The position numbers and the translations under genes are program-made. From an uncultured Candidatus Saccharibacteria bacterium (GTDB taxonomy: Bacteria; Patescibacteriota; Saccharimonadia; Saccharimonadales; CAZARM01), in assembly GCA_964487615.1 (NCBI GenBank), contig CAZARM010000005.1, positions 182-64,181 on the forward strand: a DNA stretch of 64,000 nt, in the 5' to 3' direction. A model generated the notes under the pieces. That model was not told the DNA's origin, searched no databases, and saw only the letters and a list, made by a program, of their open reading frames with translations. Shown piece by piece: positions 61,305-64,000 of this stretch. Each line of letters opens with the position of its first letter. Within the stretch, counting starts at the first letter, position 1.

Positions 61305-61700
61305 TTAGGATGGTACTTCAGATGAGGGGTGCAGCTCCAAGGCAGTATCCATAATAACCGTCAAACCGGTTCTGCCTAAGTGTTTCTCAAGCATAGCAGT
61401 TAGTACTGCATTGTACATAGTGCCCCACTCTTCTGGCGCGTAAGTGAGCACGTCGCCGTCTGTCGTTTGAATCACGTGATTAGCACCGTCACGCGTTATG
61501 ACGGCATCACCGCGGCCTAATACATCGGCTGCCCTCTCGCCGACTAGAAAATCAGCGGGGTGCGGGTGCTCTGGAAATATTTCCCAGACCCGTGGTGTTC
61601 CGTCTTTCTCAGGAGAAGTAACAAAAATTCGAGTGACAGAGTTGAGTCCCATGATCACTATACTATGAATAAATAATTCCTGGACGTCAAATTCTGACAA
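61305..61700 (-). CDS. Hypothetical protein
   Basis: 131-aa ORF with a TTG start 9 nt after the MBL gene stop (internal ATG alternative at 61652). No known domain. Confidence 0.45.
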   Translation of the reverse strand: MSEFDVQELFIHSIVIMGLNSVTRIFVTSPEKDGTPRVWEIFPEHPHPADFLVGERAADVLGRGDAVITRDGANHVIQTTDGDVLTYAPEEWGTMYNAVLTAMLEKHLGRTGLTVIMDTALELHPSSEVPS

Positions 61701-61709
61701 CTCTAGCGC

Positions 61710-62495
61710 TTACGTCCGATAGGTGTCTAAGTCTTTTGCAACGCTGATTGGTCCGCTGTAGCCGGACGACTGAGCAGCTGTTGTCATGTCTTCAGCGCTA
61801 TCTACGCCAGTGTAATGGGTCAGTATCAATTGTTTACAGTTCTGCTTCAGGGCAATTTCCCCGGCTTGCTTCGGGCCTACATGGCCATCGTCCGGTTGCT
61901 TATCAATCGCTATAAATGACTCACACAAAAATATATCGGCGTGCGCAGCAGCTGCTTCTAACCCTTCGGAATGTGCGGAGTCACCAGAGTAAGCCAGTAT
62001 GCCATCCGAGGTTTCTAGACGGAGTGCGTAGGCTTCTAGTTGGTAATGCTGGGTTCTATTAGGAGTCAACTTGATCGTTTCATTAAGCTGCATAGGTTCT
62101 CCGTCAGTATATGACGTAAAAGTCAGATCAATGGTGGTGAGTAAATCGTCTGTAAATGTCCAGCCTTTGGTTTTGTAGGCCGCCTCAACCCTAGCCTGGA
62201 TGTCCGACGGACCCAAAATGCGTAAGTGTATTTTCTGACCAAGTAGTTTGGCGTGCAAATAGTAAGCCTGCAGAATAGGCTCTAAGACAAAGTGGTCAGC
62301 ATGAAAATGAGAGATGCAGATGGTGTCTATTTCCGGCAAGGTGACACCTAGCCTAGCAATCTGAGGCAAGACACCTATCCCCGCATCAAACAGAATCTTT
62401 CTATTGCCCACTTCTATCAGGTGGGCAGAAGAATAGCGGAAGCCCGTTCCAGGGAATGTTATTGATACACCCGATCCAAGCACCGTTAGTTTCAT
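61710..62495 (-). CDS. MBL-fold metallo-hydrolase (RNase Z/ElaC-like)
   Basis: MKLTVLGSG ... ICISHFHADH ... SGDS. ATG 62495 is preferred. Confidence 0.8.
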   Translation of the reverse strand: MKLTVLGSGVSITFPGTGFRYSSAHLIEVGNRKILFDAGIGVLPQIARLGVTLPEIDTICISHFHADHFVLEPILQAYYLHAKLLGQKIHLRILGPSDIQARVEAAYKTKGWTFTDDLLTTIDLTFTSYTDGEPMQLNETIKLTPNRTQHYQLEAYALRLETSDGILAYSGDSAHSEGLEAAAAHADIFLCESFIAIDKQPDDGHVGPKQAGEIALKQNCKQLILTHYTGVDSAEDMTTAAQSSGYSGPISVAKDLDTYRT

Positions 62496-62593
62496 GATTT
62501 TATCATAGCAAAAAACATCCCTCATAGCGCGTACTGGAATTTAAGATAGGAGCGCTATAATTGAGGGTAGCCAATAATCACAGGGAGCACGTC

Positions 62594-63016
62594 ATGCAAA
62601 CGAAACTCAATCCGTACATTAGCTTTAAAGGCAACGCTCGCGAGGCCATGGAATTCTATAAAAGTGTTTTTGGCGGCAAGCTCGATCTCACGACCTTCAA
62701 AGAAGGCGGCGTACCGTCGAGCCCAATTACAGAGAATCAGCTAATGCATGCCATGCTTGTAGCCGACAATGGAATAACCATCATGGGCTCCGACGCGCCC
62801 GAGGTTGGTGGTATGGAGTATAAAGTAGGTACAAATATCAGTATTTCACTTAGCGGCGATAACGAAGCCGAGCTGAGCGGGTACTTTAATAAACTGGCGG
62901 ATGGTGGCACCGTAGTCTCGCCCCTCAAAAAAGAGTCCTGGGGTGATACATTTGGTATGGTCACAGACAAGTACGGCCTGTTTTGGATGGTGAATGTCGC
63001 CGGGAAAAAGTCCTAG
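62594..63016 (+). CDS. VOC-superfamily protein, PhnB/YjdN-like
   Basis: NPYISFKGNAREAMEFYKSVFGG ... SWGDTFGMVTDKYGLFWMVN. AGGGAG SD before ATG 62594. Confidence 0.75.
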   Translation: MQTKLNPYISFKGNAREAMEFYKSVFGGKLDLTTFKEGGVPSSPITENQLMHAMLVADNGITIMGSDAPEVGGMEYKVGTNISISLSGDNEAELSGYFNKLADGGTVVSPLKKESWGDTFGMVTDKYGLFWMVNVAGKKS

Positions 63017-63058
63017 AAATTGATTTAGGTTTTTGGGAACCGTCAGCTTCCCCAAGAG

Positions 63059-63343
63059 TTATCTTATTTTCTTCTCAATCCACTCAAGTACACCCCGGGT
63101 TGTTTTCGATACAGGTATCATGGTGAGCACATAGTATGGATCACTGTGTGTCGTGTTCAATGTCTCGACTATTTTGTCGAACTTTTCCTCCACTGACTCA
63201 ATCATAAGCAATACTTCTGAGGCGTGCTTAATCTTGCCATCCCAGTGGTAGATTGAATTTATATTGCTTCGTTTGATACATACTGCTAGCTTTTGTTCAA
63301 CGAGGGTTGTTGATATTTTTATCGCTTCATTTTCACGGCACAA
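63059..63343 (-). CDS. cutA: CutA1 divalent-cation-tolerance homologue; canonical start would truncate the first beta-strand
   Basis: LVEQKLAVCI ... SIYHWDGKI ... PYYVLTMIPV aligns with CutA1. The in-frame upstream codons (to 63373) encode DLLFKLC, matching strand 1, but the only candidate start there is ATT (63364-63362). Confidence 0.55.
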   Translation of the reverse strand: MCRENEAIKISTTLVEQKLAVCIKRSNINSIYHWDGKIKHASEVLLMIESVEEKFDKIVETLNTTHSDPYYVLTMIPVSKTTRGVLEWIEKKIR

Positions 63344-63506
63344 CTTAAAAAGTAGGTCGCTAATCTCACGATCCTATTTTATCAAAAGAGAAATAGCCTA
63401 AGCTGATATACAGCACGTTTATAATTGGCTCACCACGGTAGGGGAAGTTATAACTGTGATTAAGCTAGATATGGAACCAATGCCCGGTATGTAGATTATT
63501 CGTTTA

Positions 63507-64000
63507 TTACTCCATTTCACCAGTCTTAACATCACCGTCGCGCTTATAGTAAGCAAATATCACCCCGTTTGAGGTAATTAAATTATCTGTCAATTTGAAG
63601 GCAGCAGGGATTACCCCTTCACCAAATAATCGCTTACCCGTACCGAGAGTGATTGGAAATGTCATAAGGAACATTTCATCAACCAAATCGTGTTTGAATA
63701 AGGACTGAGCCAGGTTACCACTTCCGTGAACTTTTATAACTTCTCCGTCTGTTTCTTTCAGCTTTTTGATGTCCTCAACATTGTTAAGCAATACAGAGTT
63801 ATCCCAACCCGAAGCATCTACGTCTGATTGTGACATTGTGGTACTAGCAACGTATTTTGTAACATCGTTTATGCCTGGCCACGCATCTTCATGTTTGGGC
63901 CAGTATCCTGCAAAAATTTCAAAAGTTTTTTGACCTAACAGAATATCGGTCGATTCCATCCATCTCTTCATGAACTCTTCGCCTTCTTTGAACCCAATCT
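63507..64000 (-). CDS. RibD-C-terminal/dihydrofolate-reductase-like family protein (5' end beyond the window)
   Basis: LLGQKTFEIFAGYWP ... IKVHGSGNLAQSL ... FPITLGTGKRLF. The frame stays open upstream of the Met at 63971 to the window edge. Confidence 0.7.
   Translation of the reverse strand, partial: IGFKEGEEFMKRWMESTDILLGQKTFEIFAGYWPKHEDAWPGINDVTKYVASTTMSQSDVDASGWDNSVLLNNVEDIKKLKETDGEVIKVHGSGNLAQSLFKHDLVDEMFLMTFPITLGTGKRLFGEGVIPAAFKLTDNLITSNGVIFAYYKRDGDVKTGEME

Overview
This is a gene-dense 64-kb bacterial chromosome segment using the standard genetic code. By eye it is roughly 48-50% G+C. Start/stop overlaps such as ATGA, TAATG and CTAG are frequent. I support about 70 protein genes, 3 tRNAs (Glu-CUC, Leu-CAA, Ser-GGA) and no rRNA. 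Housekeeping content includes rpmA, xseAB, recO, glyQS, topA, dprA, pth, der, gltX, xth and a minimal dcw cluster (mraZ-rsmH-ftsL-ftsI-mraY-ftsW-murG-ftsQ). There is also a umuD-like/umuC operon, two intact two-component pairs and one degenerate pair, a MacB-type ABC exporter and a sortase neighbourhood. The rest is a TraD/HerA-like ATPase, a sigma-region-4/HARE-HTH protein and many acidic orphan proteins. This repertoire and the compaction suggest a Patescibacteria/CPR genome, most like Saccharibacteria (TM7). That assignment is inference only. I could not identify a complete, clearly novel multi-gene system. The strongest unexplained signals are: (1) a roughly 420-bp, roughly 65% G+C island with high-GC codon signature but no intact gene, lying between topA and the sigma-like gene. 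(2) An exact 23-bp palindrome present three times, each time in frame inside a coding sequence (umuC twice, gltX once). (3) A roughly 600-bp non-coding locus between dprA and two orphan genes, with a consensus promoter and two strong terminator-like hairpins; it is an unclassified RNA candidate. (4) A highly structured 500-bp spacer between mraZ and rsmH, plus phased GTGGG repeats upstream of mraZ. (5) The 10-mer TGTGGATAAC (a perfect DnaA box) in three separate intergenic regions. (6) A kinase-like/receiver-like pair with Glu replacing both phospho-acceptor residues, translationally coupled to recO. All RNA-family and homology calls were made by eye and need cmscan/HMM confirmation.
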